A DNA stretch of 64,000 nt, from the sequence record OZ335963.1, one strand, 5' to 3'. This DNA comes from a phage. Shown here one piece after another: positions 19,371-28,987 of the stretch (position 1 is its first letter; every line of letters starts with the position of its first letter). The position numbers and the translations under genes are program-made. Under the pieces are notes generated by a model. The model searched no databases. It worked only from the letters and a program-made list of their open reading frames with translations, and was not told the origin of the DNA.

Positions 19371-19623
19371 TAATAATCGCCTTATAAAGATGGCTAATTT
19401 CACCTAAAATATAATCACTGATTGTGACAGTTTTCACTCTACCGCAAAAGAATTCTAACGCAGTCAAATCTCGTTCAATTTCTTCCAATTGAAGCATTAA
19501 CTTACTAGACTCAATTTTTACAGTTTCATAATTTTTACTATAAGATATTTCATAAATTTCGCTTACTTTATCTTGAAGAAGATAAAACTGATCTTTAGTT
19601 ATTTCCACGAATAGCTTCCTCAA
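19363..19623 (-). CDS. hypothetical protein, 86 aa
   Basis: ORF between dda and dexA. Confidence 0.45.
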   Translation of the reverse strand: MRKLFVEITKDQFYLLQDKVSEIYEISYSKNYETVKIESSKLMLQLEEIERDLTALEFFCGRVKTVTISDYILGEISHLYKAIINV

Positions 19624-19855
19624 ATTTAATCAGCAGCTTACAGACACTTTCATCTAGCGTAATTACCGTGTCTGTATTACTATGATATGATTGTTTTTCA
19701 ATTCGTTTAACTGCTAGTATAGTATCACTTATAAGATTAAGCTTATAAAGGAGCTCAGCTCCTGTTATCATAACACTGAGGTTATCTTGCTTATCAGTAT
19801 GCTTCTTTATACCATCTATTAGACGATTTAAATATTTTGAATTGATGTTAATCAT
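19595..19855 (-). CDS. hypothetical protein, 86 aa
   Basis: ORF between dda and dexA. Confidence 0.45.
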   Translation of the reverse strand: MININSKYLNRLIDGIKKHTDKQDNLSVMITGAELLYKLNLISDTILAVKRIEKQSYHSNTDTVITLDESVCKLLIKFEEAIRGNN

Positions 19856-19861
19856 ATATCC

Positions 19862-21181
19862 TCACACATAAAACACATCATAACGACCACGAGTGACACC
19901 AACATAAAGAAGCTGCTGAGCTAGTTCAGCATCTGCATAATGAATACAAGGCGTATAGATGAAAGCACGGTCTACAGACATACCCTGAGCTTTATGGAAT
20001 GTTGATGCAGGAAGTGCTTTCACTTTACTAAACTGTGATTTAGCATCCCAAAAATCACTCCACGGAGCTTTTCCACCTTTATTCCAATTTTTATAAGTTT
20101 CTGCCGTTTTACCTAAAAATAAGTTAAACTTATACAGCTCTTCATCAGATGAAATTATTTTAATCTTTTCACGATAATATTCATCATCGCCGTAAGTTTC
20201 TACTGTTAAATCCCAATGACGAATTAGATATTCTCCAGAAACACCACGAGCTTTAACAAATGTTGATGTATACTCTGCTTCTATAATACGAACTAATTGT
20301 CCGTTATTAAAAATAATTTCTGACACAGGTTTTCCATCAATTTTATATGTTTTAATTAATGGTTCCTGCATTACAATAATTTCGCCAACGATAAAATCTT
20401 TATCAGTTTCAAAAATCTTTTTGCGAATAATGCTATTTAACTTGTCGACAGATTTATTCGTAAATGCCATTACGCGATTTTCAAACAAATCATCTAGTGA
20501 TTTTACGATTGAAAAATAATTTACCATAAAATCGCGTAAAGCGGTATCACCAGTAAATCCACGTACTCCATGCCCGTCAACAACTTTATCATAAATCCAC
20601 TTACCATTACGAACATCAGTAGCTACATCAATAATAGGAGCATTACTGCGTTTAACTTCGGTGAGTTCACACTGATAAAAATCTTTGTGCGTAAAGAATG
20701 GACTGATATAAGCAGTGTTTTCTCCTGGGTCAACGGGTCTAATTTGCTTATTATCGCCTATTCCAATTATAGTACACCATGGCGGGATAGTTGAAAGCAG
20801 AATTTTAAATAGCTTTCTATCATACATTGACACTTCGTCGCAGATTAATACTCTACATTTAGCTAAATCCGGCACTTCTTTTTGTTCAAAAAGAACGTTT
20901 TCTTCATATGTTACTGGGTTAATTTTGAGAATACTGTGAATAGTACTCGCTTCTTTCCCTGACAGTTTTGAAAGAATCTTTTTAGCTGCATGAGTAGGAG
21001 CTGCTAAAATAATGCCAGTTTCGCCCGTAGATATTAAGGCTTCAATGATGAACTTAGTAAGAGTAGTCTTACCAGTACCAGCAGGTCCATTAATAGTTAC
21101 ATGATGTTTCTTTTCTTTAATAGCCCTCATAACGATGTTAAAGGCATTTTTCTGACCTTCGGTCAAATCATCAAATGTCAT
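19862..21181 (-). CDS. dda: Dda DNA helicase (SF1)
   Basis: 439-aa ORF matching T4 Dda by recall (MTFDDLTEGQKNAFNIV...GPAGTGKTT). Confidence 0.9.
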   Translation of the reverse strand: MTFDDLTEGQKNAFNIVMRAIKEKKHHVTINGPAGTGKTTLTKFIIEALISTGETGIILAAPTHAAKKILSKLSGKEASTIHSILKINPVTYEENVLFEQKEVPDLAKCRVLICDEVSMYDRKLFKILLSTIPPWCTIIGIGDNKQIRPVDPGENTAYISPFFTHKDFYQCELTEVKRSNAPIIDVATDVRNGKWIYDKVVDGHGVRGFTGDTALRDFMVNYFSIVKSLDDLFENRVMAFTNKSVDKLNSIIRKKIFETDKDFIVGEIIVMQEPLIKTYKIDGKPVSEIIFNNGQLVRIIEAEYTSTFVKARGVSGEYLIRHWDLTVETYGDDEYYREKIKIISSDEELYKFNLFLGKTAETYKNWNKGGKAPWSDFWDAKSQFSKVKALPASTFHKAQGMSVDRAFIYTPCIHYADAELAQQLLYVGVTRGRYDVFYV

Positions 21182-21489
21182 CGTAAATTCCCTGCAATTG
21201 GTATACTAACAATACGCCCAGTATCTAAAATTCGCCGATATAATCTTTGTGTGTCTACATCAGGCTTAACATGTTTAACTTCTATTTTATTAAACCAAAA
21301 CTTACGTGGAGTCTCGACTAATCTCGGAATTCCCATACCTAAAGCTAGTCGATACTGATCTTTAAGAGTTGTAAATACTTTATCAGCAATCTCCCTTTCA
21401 AAAAATACAGCAGGACGATGTTCATCAAGCGGAACAGGCACTGCAAATCCATCTTTATCTCTATACACTATCGCATATACATAAAACAT
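21178..21489 (-). CDS. hypothetical protein, 103 aa
   Basis: ORF overlapping dda start by 4 nt. Confidence 0.5.
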   Translation of the reverse strand: MFYVYAIVYRDKDGFAVPVPLDEHRPAVFFEREIADKVFTTLKDQYRLALGMGIPRLVETPRKFWFNKIEVKHVKPDVDTQRLYRRILDTGRIVSIPIAGNLR

Positions 21490-21490
21490 A

Positions 21491-22237
21491 TTATCCTCGG
21501 ATAAGTTTAAAAATTGAACAATTTAGCGGGTATCCTCTTTTCAGTTTAAGTTTATCAATAAAAGACAAGTTTTGATACCGCTCTACACCTTGAATAATTT
21601 TATCACACATATCATATTGCATTTCTGCTTCTGACAACTTTTTCACAGTTTTCCAATCCGAGCCTTTAAGAAGAACGTTCAATTTAACAACTTCAGCGCC
21701 TTCTGCTATACGAGAACCATCAATACGAGCTTTGAGTGCTATAATCGTTAGCTTAACGTCAGAGGTTTGTTTTGATTTAGAAAGCTGAGAAATGTGTTCA
21801 ATTCGGTTTTCACGTTTTTTCTGTATAGCTTTAATTTGATTATAAGTCTTTTTGATTTTAGCCCATTTCTTTTCATCTAAATTTAGTTTATGAACTTTTT
21901 TCGCAGATGAACGACCAATTCGCAAAGCAAATAAATCACGCTTTTCAATCAACTCTTCTAAAGTATAATCAGAACGAAATGTATTGTACTTTTTCTTTAC
22001 TGCAATAACATTCCCTTTAATGTATCCAACGTTATTATCAAAACGTTCTAATGATAATTTCTCTCCTTCAATACGGTTATCAAAAGGTTCTCCCGAGTAA
22101 GCGCAAACTTTCTGATCTAAAATGTTCTTAATGTAATTGAAGTCTAAGTTAAAATCTTTAGAACGTCTTTTAGCAGATGCCTGAGTGTGCTCTAGACGAC
22201 GTGTAATTTTACGAATTTGATTTTTAGACAGTTTCAT
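21491..22237 (-). CDS. Srd-like protein, 248 aa
   Basis: Basic ORF at the srd position between dda and modA; early promoter upstream. Confidence 0.4.
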   Translation of the reverse strand: MKLSKNQIRKITRRLEHTQASAKRRSKDFNLDFNYIKNILDQKVCAYSGEPFDNRIEGEKLSLERFDNNVGYIKGNVIAVKKKYNTFRSDYTLEELIEKRDLFALRIGRSSAKKVHKLNLDEKKWAKIKKTYNQIKAIQKKRENRIEHISQLSKSKQTSDVKLTIIALKARIDGSRIAEGAEVVKLNVLLKGSDWKTVKKLSEAEMQYDMCDKIIQGVERYQNLSFIDKLKLKRGYPLNCSIFKLIRG

Positions 22238-22267
22238 ATTTTTCTCACGGACAGGTTAACTACTTAT

Positions 22268-22297
22268 ACTATAACATTTTTACTTCAGCTTGTAAAC
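22268..22297 (-). promoter_or_regulatory. T4 early-type promoter (GTTTAC, 18 bp, TATAGT)
   Basis: Minus-sense GTTTAC 22292-22297, TATAGT 22268-22273. Confidence 0.5.
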
Positions 22298-22353
22298 AAC
22301 TTTATGAAAAATGCTTTAAAACTTTCATGGTATAATGAATCTAAGTCCTTCCA

Positions 22354-22956
22354 TTATAGATTAAATCCTTCAAAGTCAAGAGTATAGATAGTGTATGTTG
22401 AATACTTTTTATACTCGTATCTATCCGCAATTCTAAATACACTTCCAGCTGGTATCATTACTTCTTGTTCATCTGAAACTAATTCCATATTACGATAGCG
22501 ATGGCTATCTGGAAACTTAAAACTCGGGCTATATTCTTTACAACGTAGAGCTTTTATAGCATACTCCTGGAAATTAAATACCATAGGAGCTTTGAATTCA
22601 AAAATAACTTGTGTGTTGTATTCTAATCCAGAAGCAAAATGTAGAGCTATATTTTTATCATATGAAGCTGATACTACTTTATCAAATGTAATAATATCAA
22701 TTCCTTGATTTAACACCTGCTTAGTCTCGACTGGAACACCTCTCCAAAGAGGTTTATCGTTTGGAACCAAACGAGATTTGATTATTTCATTTAACCAAGA
22801 ATGATCGTCTGGCTTATTAGTAATACAATGAATTAAAAGTTCAATTTCGGATAAATTAAATCCTTCAGAAAGTAATTCTTCACGAATAGAAGCACGCACC
22901 GATGCATCCATTGATTTGATTTTAAAATCTTTTAATTGCATTGCTGAATATTTCAT
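22354..22956 (-). CDS. modA: ADP-ribosyltransferase ModA
   Basis: 200-aa ORF; ART-like motifs (LWRGV ... EQEVMIP); adjacent to modB. Confidence 0.75.
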   Translation of the reverse strand: MKYSAMQLKDFKIKSMDASVRASIREELLSEGFNLSEIELLIHCITNKPDDHSWLNEIIKSRLVPNDKPLWRGVPVETKQVLNQGIDIITFDKVVSASYDKNIALHFASGLEYNTQVIFEFKAPMVFNFQEYAIKALRCKEYSPSFKFPDSHRYRNMELVSDEQEVMIPAGSVFRIADRYEYKKYSTYTIYTLDFEGFNL

Positions 22957-23588
22957 TCAACTACCTCAATATCATACACTTTAAATGTTCCAAATGAATC
23001 GTGTAATTTTTCTTTTGAAATAGAAGTTATTTTATACTTTCCAATTGGAATCATCCATTCTTGTTCACGTACAATCATCATTAAGTTATCAGTACGTTCT
23101 GAATCTAATCCATCAGTATCTTCATATGTATACTTAAACTCAGTGTTAGGAGAAGAAAGTATAATATCGCTGATATGGTCAGAATAATTAAAAGCTTTAT
23201 CAGTTTTTAAGCGAAATATTATTTCAGTGGAATATTCAACATAAGAAAAACCGCATGCTGTGTGCAAACTAGTAGTAAATGAATCTACTCTGTTCGTTGA
23301 AAACACTTCTCCAGCTTGTAAATCTTTAATGAGTTCTTTTGTCGATTTTGATATACCACGATATAGCTGATAAGGCGATTTAGTTAAATGCTTTTTAACG
23401 ATTTTATTCAACTGCCGATGAAGAGCTTCATTCTTTTTGGCTTCCATACATTGCCAAAGAACTGACTGTTCAAAGTCAGTAAATTTTTCACAGACCTTTT
23501 TATACATATCATATTGAAAATCGACACTTTCAGCTTTTATAGATAACTGTTCAACATCTGCTAGATTAATAATCATGATAGCCTCCAT
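22953..23588 (-). CDS. modB: ADP-ribosyltransferase ModB
   Basis: 211-aa ORF paralogous to modA (LYRGIS ... REQEWMIP). Confidence 0.75.
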   Translation of the reverse strand: MEAIMIINLADVEQLSIKAESVDFQYDMYKKVCEKFTDFEQSVLWQCMEAKKNEALHRQLNKIVKKHLTKSPYQLYRGISKSTKELIKDLQAGEVFSTNRVDSFTTSLHTACGFSYVEYSTEIIFRLKTDKAFNYSDHISDIILSSPNTEFKYTYEDTDGLDSERTDNLMMIVREQEWMIPIGKYKITSISKEKLHDSFGTFKVYDIEVVE

Positions 23589-23602
23589 ATACTTCAGAAG
23601 CT

Positions 23603-23632
23603 ATCATATCATTGTTAGGAAGGAAAGTAAAC
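23603..23632 (-). promoter_or_regulatory. T4 early-type promoter (GTTTAC, 18 bp, TATGAT)
   Basis: Minus-sense GTTTAC 23627-23632, TATGAT 23603-23608. Confidence 0.45.
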
Positions 23633-23643
23633 AACTTTTTGAA

Positions 23644-24561
23644 TTATTTTGCCCAGGGAGCCCAGGGCGGAGGGTCAAGATGGTATGAAGCTAGTTCTTC
23701 TAGAAGAGCATCTGGGGCTTCAATTCCATAATTCTGTAATACTATACGGTACTCTTTCTTATAATCACTAGAATCATTCTGGATATTCGTAGAATGATTA
23801 TCTTCTAACATCTCAAATAAATCCATATTAATTCCTAGCGATAAAAAACCAAAATAACGATTAGCTTCAATAATCTTTCTTTCTTCTTCAGACATTCTCC
23901 AGCGTAGTCCAACATCAAAATGAGCCCAGACCATCTTAACAAATGCATTTATATCTTTAATATCTTCAATAATGAATGATTTACTTTTAGAAGGTTGACT
24001 CGCTAATTTAACTTTATCGTCTTCAAACAGGTCAAAAAGACCATATTCATGATTATCTTCTAACATCTCAAATAAATCCATATTAATTCCTAGCGATAAA
24101 AAACCAAAATAACGATTAGCTTCAATAATCTTTCTTTCTTCTTCAGACATTCTCCAGCGTAGTCCAACATCAAAATGAGCCCAGACCATCTTAACAAATG
24201 CATTTATATCTTTAATATCTTCAATAATGAATGATTTACTTTTAGAAGGTTGACTCGCTAATTTAACTTTATCGTCTTCAAACAGGTCAAAAAGACCATA
24301 TTCATGGGCTCTTTTATAGCCTTTAATAGTTAAAGCTTCAGAAGAAGAAAAAGGTGAATCAGTATTCTGCAAAATATCTTCAGTATGCTTTATAATTAGA
24401 ATAACATTTTCTGGATATTTTCTTTCTTTTATATCTTTAATTAAAAGATCCGGATTTTCTGCTAAAGGAATAATTAATGAGCACTTTTTATCAAGTGTAT
24501 TTACCGATTTACCTTCTTTGGACATAAATTCTATTGAATAATGTTTTGCTACTTCAATCAT
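23644..24561 (-). CDS. hypothetical protein, 305 aa, containing an exact internal 85-aa tandem duplication
   Basis: Continuous ORF; residues [18 protein letters not shown]...LFEMLEDNH occur twice back to back. Confidence 0.55.
   Translation of the reverse strand: MIEVAKHYSIEFMSKEGKSVNTLDKKCSLIIPLAENPDLLIKDIKERKYPENVILIIKHTEDILQNTDSPFSSSEALTIKGYKRAHEYGLFDLFEDDKVKLASQPSKSKSFIIEDIKDINAFVKMVWAHFDVGLRWRMSEEERKIIEANRYFGFLSLGINMDLFEMLEDNHEYGLFDLFEDDKVKLASQPSKSKSFIIEDIKDINAFVKMVWAHFDVGLRWRMSEEERKIIEANRYFGFLSLGINMDLFEMLEDNHSTNIQNDSSDYKKEYRIVLQNYGIEAPDALLEELASYHLDPPPWAPWAK
23794..24306. repeat. perfect direct tandem duplication, 2 x 255 bp plus 3-bp junction microhomology
   Basis: 23794-24048 is identical to 24049-24303; ATG repeated at 24304-24306; in frame within the ORF. 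Confidence 0.9.
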
Positions 24562-24706
24562 GTGATTTCCTCTTGCCTACTAACGGACCATCAGGAATTT
24601 TGTTTTCCTGGATATATTTCTCATTTTCTTCCATCATTTTACTGCCAATTTTAAGAAGCAAATCCATTGCTTCATTTGCTTTAGCCTTGGCCTCTTCTAG
24701 CGTCAT
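24554..24706 (-). CDS. hypothetical protein, 50 aa
   Basis: Small ORF whose stop overlaps the downstream ATG. Confidence 0.3.
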   Translation of the reverse strand: MTLEEAKAKANEAMDLLLKIGSKMMEENEKYIQENKIPDGPLVGKRKSHD

Positions 24707-24714
24707 ATCTCTGT

Positions 24715-24918
24715 TCACGATTTATCCCCATAGATGTCTCTCATCAATTTAAGCGCTGAGCGTTCTAATTTCTTTTCTTTCTCAGCACCAATCATTGATT
24801 TCATCCATTCTTCTGATTCGTTCTGCATTTCTTTATTTGCTTGTTCAACCCAACCATCATCAATATACATTGAGTTTGGTCTATTGAACCATTCAAGCAT
24901 TTTCTTCAGAACTTTCAT
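24715..24918 (-). CDS. hypothetical protein, 67 aa
   Basis: ORF. Confidence 0.4.
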   Translation of the reverse strand: MKVLKKMLEWFNRPNSMYIDDGWVEQANKEMQNESEEWMKSMIGAEKEKKLERSALKLMRDIYGDKS

Positions 24919-25390
24919 TTGTTTTACCTAAAACAACAGTAGGAGCATCGTCAAATTTATGAATTTTTAGCAAATTTGGATGTAAAATATTCCACACAGA
25001 AGAAATAAAGTATGATAAAGCATCTTCACTTGCAATTATAAATTTATTTCCTTTATCTATTTTCCAACTATATACTGAATCATACGAATAAAAAGATAAA
25101 GGTTTATCATTATATTGTTCTGCGCTAACATTAATGTATTCTGATTTAGTAAATGCTTCAATTGCTCTAAACGGAATATTTGGTACAGTTTCAATAATAC
25201 CAATCTTTTTAAGTTTTATTTCAGCATCTTCTGGAACTGGCATTGAAACGAAATTTTCTACGAGATACATTGGGTCACAATAACCCTTATCAATCATTAC
25301 TGCTACGGTAATTGGAACGTCTTTAGCAAACGACAAACTATTACTGCTAATATACATTTCAAACAAAATCGCTTCCATAATTTTCCTCAA
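24893..25390 (-). CDS. hypothetical protein, ~161-165 aa
   Basis: ORF in modB-soc interval. Confidence 0.5.
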   Translation of the reverse strand: MRKIMEAILFEMYISSNSLSFAKDVPITVAVMIDKGYCDPMYLVENFVSMPVPEDAEIKLKKIGIIETVPNIPFRAIEAFTKSEYINVSAEQYNDKPLSFYSYDSVYSWKIDKGNKFIIASEDALSYFISSVWNILHPNLLKIHKFDDAPTVVLGKTNESSEENA

Positions 25391-25725
25391 TCACAAGATG
25401 TAGATGAACAACTAGAATCACAAGAACTTCCACACGAATCGCCTGCCCATACATGAACAGGAACATTAGTGTCATATGAATCAGAACTAGACTGTGTATT
25501 CTGCGTATTAGATGATGCAGGTGTTGACCAGCGCCAAGGATTTTTATAATATTCTTGGGCTTCTTCATAAGTCATAGTAACTGCTTCTACTGTTCCATCT
25601 CCCATATAAACATATTCAACTACAGTTAAAGGAAGGTAGTCATTTGAAATAGGAACTACACCTTCTCCGGGAGTTGTAGAGAAAAAATCCGTAAAGAAAC
25701 TTTTAAACCAATTAAAGATAAACAT
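25387..25725 (-). CDS. hypothetical protein, 112 aa, with Cys/Ser-rich C-terminal tail
   Basis: ORF ending ...[18 protein letters not shown]. Confidence 0.45.
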   Translation of the reverse strand: MFIFNWFKSFFTDFFSTTPGEGVVPISNDYLPLTVVEYVYMGDGTVEAVTMTYEEAQEYYKNPWRWSTPASSNTQNTQSSSDSYDTNVPVHVWAGDSCGSSCDSSCSSTSCD

Positions 25726-25937
25726 TACAAAAAGCCTCTTTGAAATTCGACTCTTTGAAATCCACCCCAGTCAGTGTATCGCATTTCAGCATTGAACTCG
25801 ACTGAACCATCTGTATGCATCATGAATGAATGCGTGACGATATCACAATCCCAGCTTTTCATACCCCATTTATCAGAGATAGCTTTGTCAAGAACCTTCT
25901 GGAGGTCTTCATTTGGTTTAATCCAGCGATTTAACAT
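25725..25937 (-). CDS. hypothetical protein, 70 aa
   Basis: ORF downstream of an early promoter. Confidence 0.45.
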   Translation of the reverse strand: MLNRWIKPNEDLQKVLDKAISDKWGMKSWDCDIVTHSFMMHTDGSVEFNAEMRYTDWGGFQRVEFQRGFL

Positions 25938-25963
25938 AGTGCTCTCCTCTATAAGATAGTTTT

Positions 25964-25993
25964 ATTATACCATACTCATTTTGGAAAGTAAAC
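25964..25993 (-). promoter_or_regulatory. T4 early-type promoter (GTTTAC, 18 bp, TATAAT)
   Basis: Minus-sense GTTTAC 25988-25993, TATAAT 25964-25969. Confidence 0.5.
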
Positions 25994-25999
25994 CGGTAA

Positions 26000-26027
26000 A
26001 ATGAAAAAGGACTCCCGAAGGAGTCCT
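26000..26027 (-). terminator. rho-independent terminator downstream of soc
   Basis: aggactcc-uucg-ggagtcct hairpin followed by TTTTTCATTTT on minus strand. Confidence 0.6.
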
Positions 26028-26034
26028 TGAATTA

Positions 26035-26280
26035 TTAACCACCAGTTACTTTCCACAAATCTTCATTTGCAGTAATCCATTCAGTACGTTGATTTTCTTC
26101 ATATACTGTAGTATATGCTGCTTTTTCTGAAGGGAATATCTGATAATGAGCGCCAGAAATTTTGTGAACGTCAGAATAAAGAGGGAAAGCTACAGAAATT
26201 TCTTTTCCTTCAATTTTCTTATTTCCATCTAATTTCTGCTCAAATGTTTTAATATTAACATAACCGCGAGTACTAGCCAT
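26035..26280 (-). CDS. soc: small outer capsid protein Soc
   Basis: 81-aa ORF matching T4 Soc by recall (MASTRGYVNIKTFEQKLDGNKKIEGKEISVAFPLY...). Confidence 0.9.
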   Translation of the reverse strand: MASTRGYVNIKTFEQKLDGNKKIEGKEISVAFPLYSDVHKISGAHYQIFPSEKAAYTTVYEENQRTEWITANEDLWKVTGG

Positions 26281-26310
26281 GTAATTCTCCTTTTATTTAA
26301 ATTACATGAC

Positions 26311-26318
26311 TATTTATA
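26311..26318 (-). promoter_or_regulatory. late promoter TATAAATA upstream of soc
   Basis: Exact TATAAATA on minus strand ~30 nt upstream of soc ATG with AAGGAGA SD between. Confidence 0.55.
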
Positions 26319-26352
26319 ATAAATTCTCACAGCTTTTAAGCTGTCGTTTATA

Positions 26353-26871
26353 TTAATAACCTCGGTCTTGACGAGCGAAGTTTTCGGCATTTTTTAGATA
26401 ATAAAGTTTAAAGATTTCTTCAGCCGTAAGACCGAGACCTTGGAACATGTTCAGAACGAAATGAAGAATATCAATCATTTCGAATTTAATTTCCAACTGG
26501 TCTTGCGGAGACAAATCAGTAATTAGAGTTTCACGGCGTTCACCGTGTTGAGCTTTCCAAGGCTTCCATACAGCGGATGCATCTTTTTCACCATTGCTCA
26601 TACCACCAAGAGAAGTCAGAAGTTCGCGGAATTCATCATCAATATAATCTTTCTGATTACGCAACCAATCAACAACTTCGCCTGCGGTAGCCAAATCATC
26701 AGGATGACGGTTATATTCAGGTTTATCTTTAGCTAAACGAACCTGCAGAGATTTCTGCATATCAAGCATAACCTGCAGCGGGTCTTTTTCATCACCGAGA
26801 ATATCCCAGTATTCATTTTGAGCTTTATCAGCGCCTTCAATCAGTTGACTACATTCGTTGAAATGTGGCAT
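26353..26871 (-). CDS. 56: dCTP pyrophosphatase gp56 (MazG-like)
   Basis: 172-aa ORF at the gene 56 position; size and N-terminus as T4 gp56 by recall. Confidence 0.85.
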   Translation of the reverse strand: MPHFNECSQLIEGADKAQNEYWDILGDEKDPLQVMLDMQKSLQVRLAKDKPEYNRHPDDLATAGEVVDWLRNQKDYIDDEFRELLTSLGGMSNGEKDASAVWKPWKAQHGERRETLITDLSPQDQLEIKFEMIDILHFVLNMFQGLGLTAEEIFKLYYLKNAENFARQDRGY

Positions 26872-26872
26872 G

Positions 26873-27523
26873 TTATTTTTCCTTTCTTATGAAGTTTTCT
26901 ATCATATGTCTATAGCAGATATTAGGATAACCTGCCTTGACAGCTATTTTATTAAATTTTGTGCGCTTAGGTCTATTATTATAAACCCATAATTCATAAA
27001 GCGCATCATAACTATTCCATATTTCTCCTCGCCTAGGATTTGGTAAACCATATCGAGGCGAATTTTTACCGCTAAATCTTCCTTTTCGGGCTTTACTCAT
27101 ATTAGCCTTGGCTTCATCGGATATAATTTTACCTTTATGAGCTAGACGCATTTTGGCTTTAGTTTCTTCTGGAGTCTTTTTGCCTTTAATCCATGACGGC
27201 TTGCCATATCTAGGATTATTTTCACCCGAGAAAAGAACAGAGTTTTGGATTTTAAGGGTTTCTATTAATCTACTTGTTAATTTAACACCTTTATTATATC
27301 GCATTAAATTTACAGCATAATGCAATCCTCTCACATCTGGATATATTTTAGTTAATAATCTATGAGCTATAAAATGCTCACGCGCAGTTAACTCAACAAG
27401 ATTGTTTTTGCCATCTGCTCCTCCCATACATCTAGGAATTATATGATGGCGTTCTTTATATCCGCCAAGATGCCGGCATTTAGCTTTTGTAATTAAAGCC
27501 GAGTAAATTTTTTGGTAATTCAC
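26873..27523 (-). CDS. HNH homing endonuclease
   Basis: 216-aa ORF with HNH core (RHHIIPRCMGGADGKNNLVELTAREHFIAHR); GTG start with AAAGGA SD; stop 1 nt from gene 56 ATG. Confidence 0.75.
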   Translation of the reverse strand: MNYQKIYSALITKAKCRHLGGYKERHHIIPRCMGGADGKNNLVELTAREHFIAHRLLTKIYPDVRGLHYAVNLMRYNKGVKLTSRLIETLKIQNSVLFSGENNPRYGKPSWIKGKKTPEETKAKMRLAHKGKIISDEAKANMSKARKGRFSGKNSPRYGLPNPRRGEIWNSYDALYELWVYNNRPKRTKFNKIAVKAGYPNICYRHMIENFIRKEK

Positions 27524-27593
27524 ATATATCCTTTCAATTCATGGGTTAGTAGATTAATTATACAATAAATATATAAAGCAATAAGGAGGATAT

Positions 27594-27794
27594 ATGGTAC
27601 AAAAATTAATGGCACTTGTAGATGCCATAAAAGGTAATAAAAGACGTATAGCTTTTACTATTTCTGCTATGGTAGGAATTTTACTTTGGAATTTTGTTTT
27701 ATCGCCAGTTGCTATTGCTCATGGTGTTAGTATTCCAGTAATTACTCTCGATACATTCGTAGATTTAGCATTTGCTTTAGTTGGGTTAATTTAA
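27594..27794 (+). CDS. small hydrophobic protein, 66 aa, antisense to the early genes
   Basis: ATG preceded by AAGGAGG SD; fills the gap between HNH gene and gene 61; predicted TM segment. Confidence 0.4.
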   Translation: MVQKLMALVDAIKGNKRRIAFTISAMVGILLWNFVLSPVAIAHGVSIPVITLDTFVDLAFALVGLI

Positions 27795-28819
27795 ATCTTA
27801 GCATATTTAGATAGCCGCATTTTGGCCATCAACCCTTGGGCAATATTATTTTTCATATATTCCATAATTTGTTCAGGGGTTGCACCTTCCTTTCTAATCA
27901 TATCATTAACATCTTTTGATTTCCAGGGAGATTTGTCCCAAAACATAACCCTTTCTCCTGCATCAACCAATTTAGTCATTCGTTTAATAGTATCAGGGTG
28001 ACGAGGTTCATTATCTAAAACCCATACACGTCTATCTTTAAATGGAACAATTTCTAGGTCTAATTGACCACCCGTAATAGCTATACCATTTTCAATAAAA
28101 AGTGAATCTATAGGTCCTTCTAGAACATATACATCACCATCTTTGACCCGTTCAACGCCATAGATTTTTGTTGCCTCAGGATAAGCTTTGATGGTGATAT
28201 ATTTTTGGGGAGCATCTTTCTTTAATGCACGTCCTTGAAAAGACTCAGCTTTTCCGTTAGCATTATAAATTGGAATAACAAGACGAGGCTCAGGTATTTC
28301 CTTTTTATATGTTCCTGGCGCTATACTATTAACTAATTTAGGCCATTCGGTTGTAAACCAAAGATATTTCCATTTATCCTTTGGAATACAACGGGCTTTT
28401 ACATATTTTATAATTGGATGGTCTTCCGCCAGTTTATCTAATCTAATGCATGACGGAAGAGATTTAATTATTTTTTTCTCAGGTTGTTTAGGAAGTTCTT
28501 TAGGTTTTTCTACTGGACGACTTTTACCTTTTTCTTTTCTTATTTCAAAGATATACTCACGATATAAATCGGGTTCAAACTCCTTTAAATATATTCTGAT
28601 TGGTGCATGATAGTTACAGTTATAACAATGAATATTTCCTTCATTATTATCGCCATAATACCATCCACGAGCTTTATTTTGGTCGGTTTTTGAATCTCCA
28701 CAAACAGGGCATCTAAACCGCAATTTAAAAGTTGAACTATTATTTACTTGTGCGAATTTAGGTAAATGAGCCAATGCACGGTATGCAAACTCATTATCAA
28801 TCCAAGGTATTGATGACAT
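27791..28819 (-). CDS. 61: DNA primase gp61
   Basis: 342-aa ORF matching T4 gp61 by recall; zinc-binding CPVCGDS...CYNC motif. Confidence 0.9.
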   Translation of the reverse strand: MSSIPWIDNEFAYRALAHLPKFAQVNNSSTFKLRFRCPVCGDSKTDQNKARGWYYGDNNEGNIHCYNCNYHAPIRIYLKEFEPDLYREYIFEIRKEKGKSRPVEKPKELPKQPEKKIIKSLPSCIRLDKLAEDHPIIKYVKARCIPKDKWKYLWFTTEWPKLVNSIAPGTYKKEIPEPRLVIPIYNANGKAESFQGRALKKDAPQKYITIKAYPEATKIYGVERVKDGDVYVLEGPIDSLFIENGIAITGGQLDLEIVPFKDRRVWVLDNEPRHPDTIKRMTKLVDAGERVMFWDKSPWKSKDVNDMIRKEGATPEQIMEYMKNNIAQGLMAKMRLSKYAKI

Positions 28820-28821
28820 TT

Positions 28822-28986
28822 TTACTCTTCTTTTTCTTTAGATTCCTCTTTTTTCTTTTTAGGAATCTGTTCAGGACCTTTATTTACTACAGCGCCTGAC
28901 GTTGTTCCAGTGGAGATATTTTCAGGATTACCACCTGAGTCTCCAGCTACCATATCTTCTTTAATAAATTCTTTATATGTTTTCAT
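28822..28986 (-). CDS. hypothetical protein, 54 aa
   Basis: Small Lys/Glu-rich ORF adjacent to gene 61 start. Confidence 0.4.
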   Translation of the reverse strand: MKTYKEFIKEDMVAGDSGGNPENISTGTTSGAVVNKGPEQIPKKKKEESKEKEE

Positions 28987-28987
28987 A

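Noticed and set aside
23794-24306. Possible CRISPR array or satellite because of exact repeats
   Set aside because: There are only two long (255-bp) units, contiguous, in frame within a coding sequence and with no spacers; this is a tandem duplication, not a CRISPR locus.
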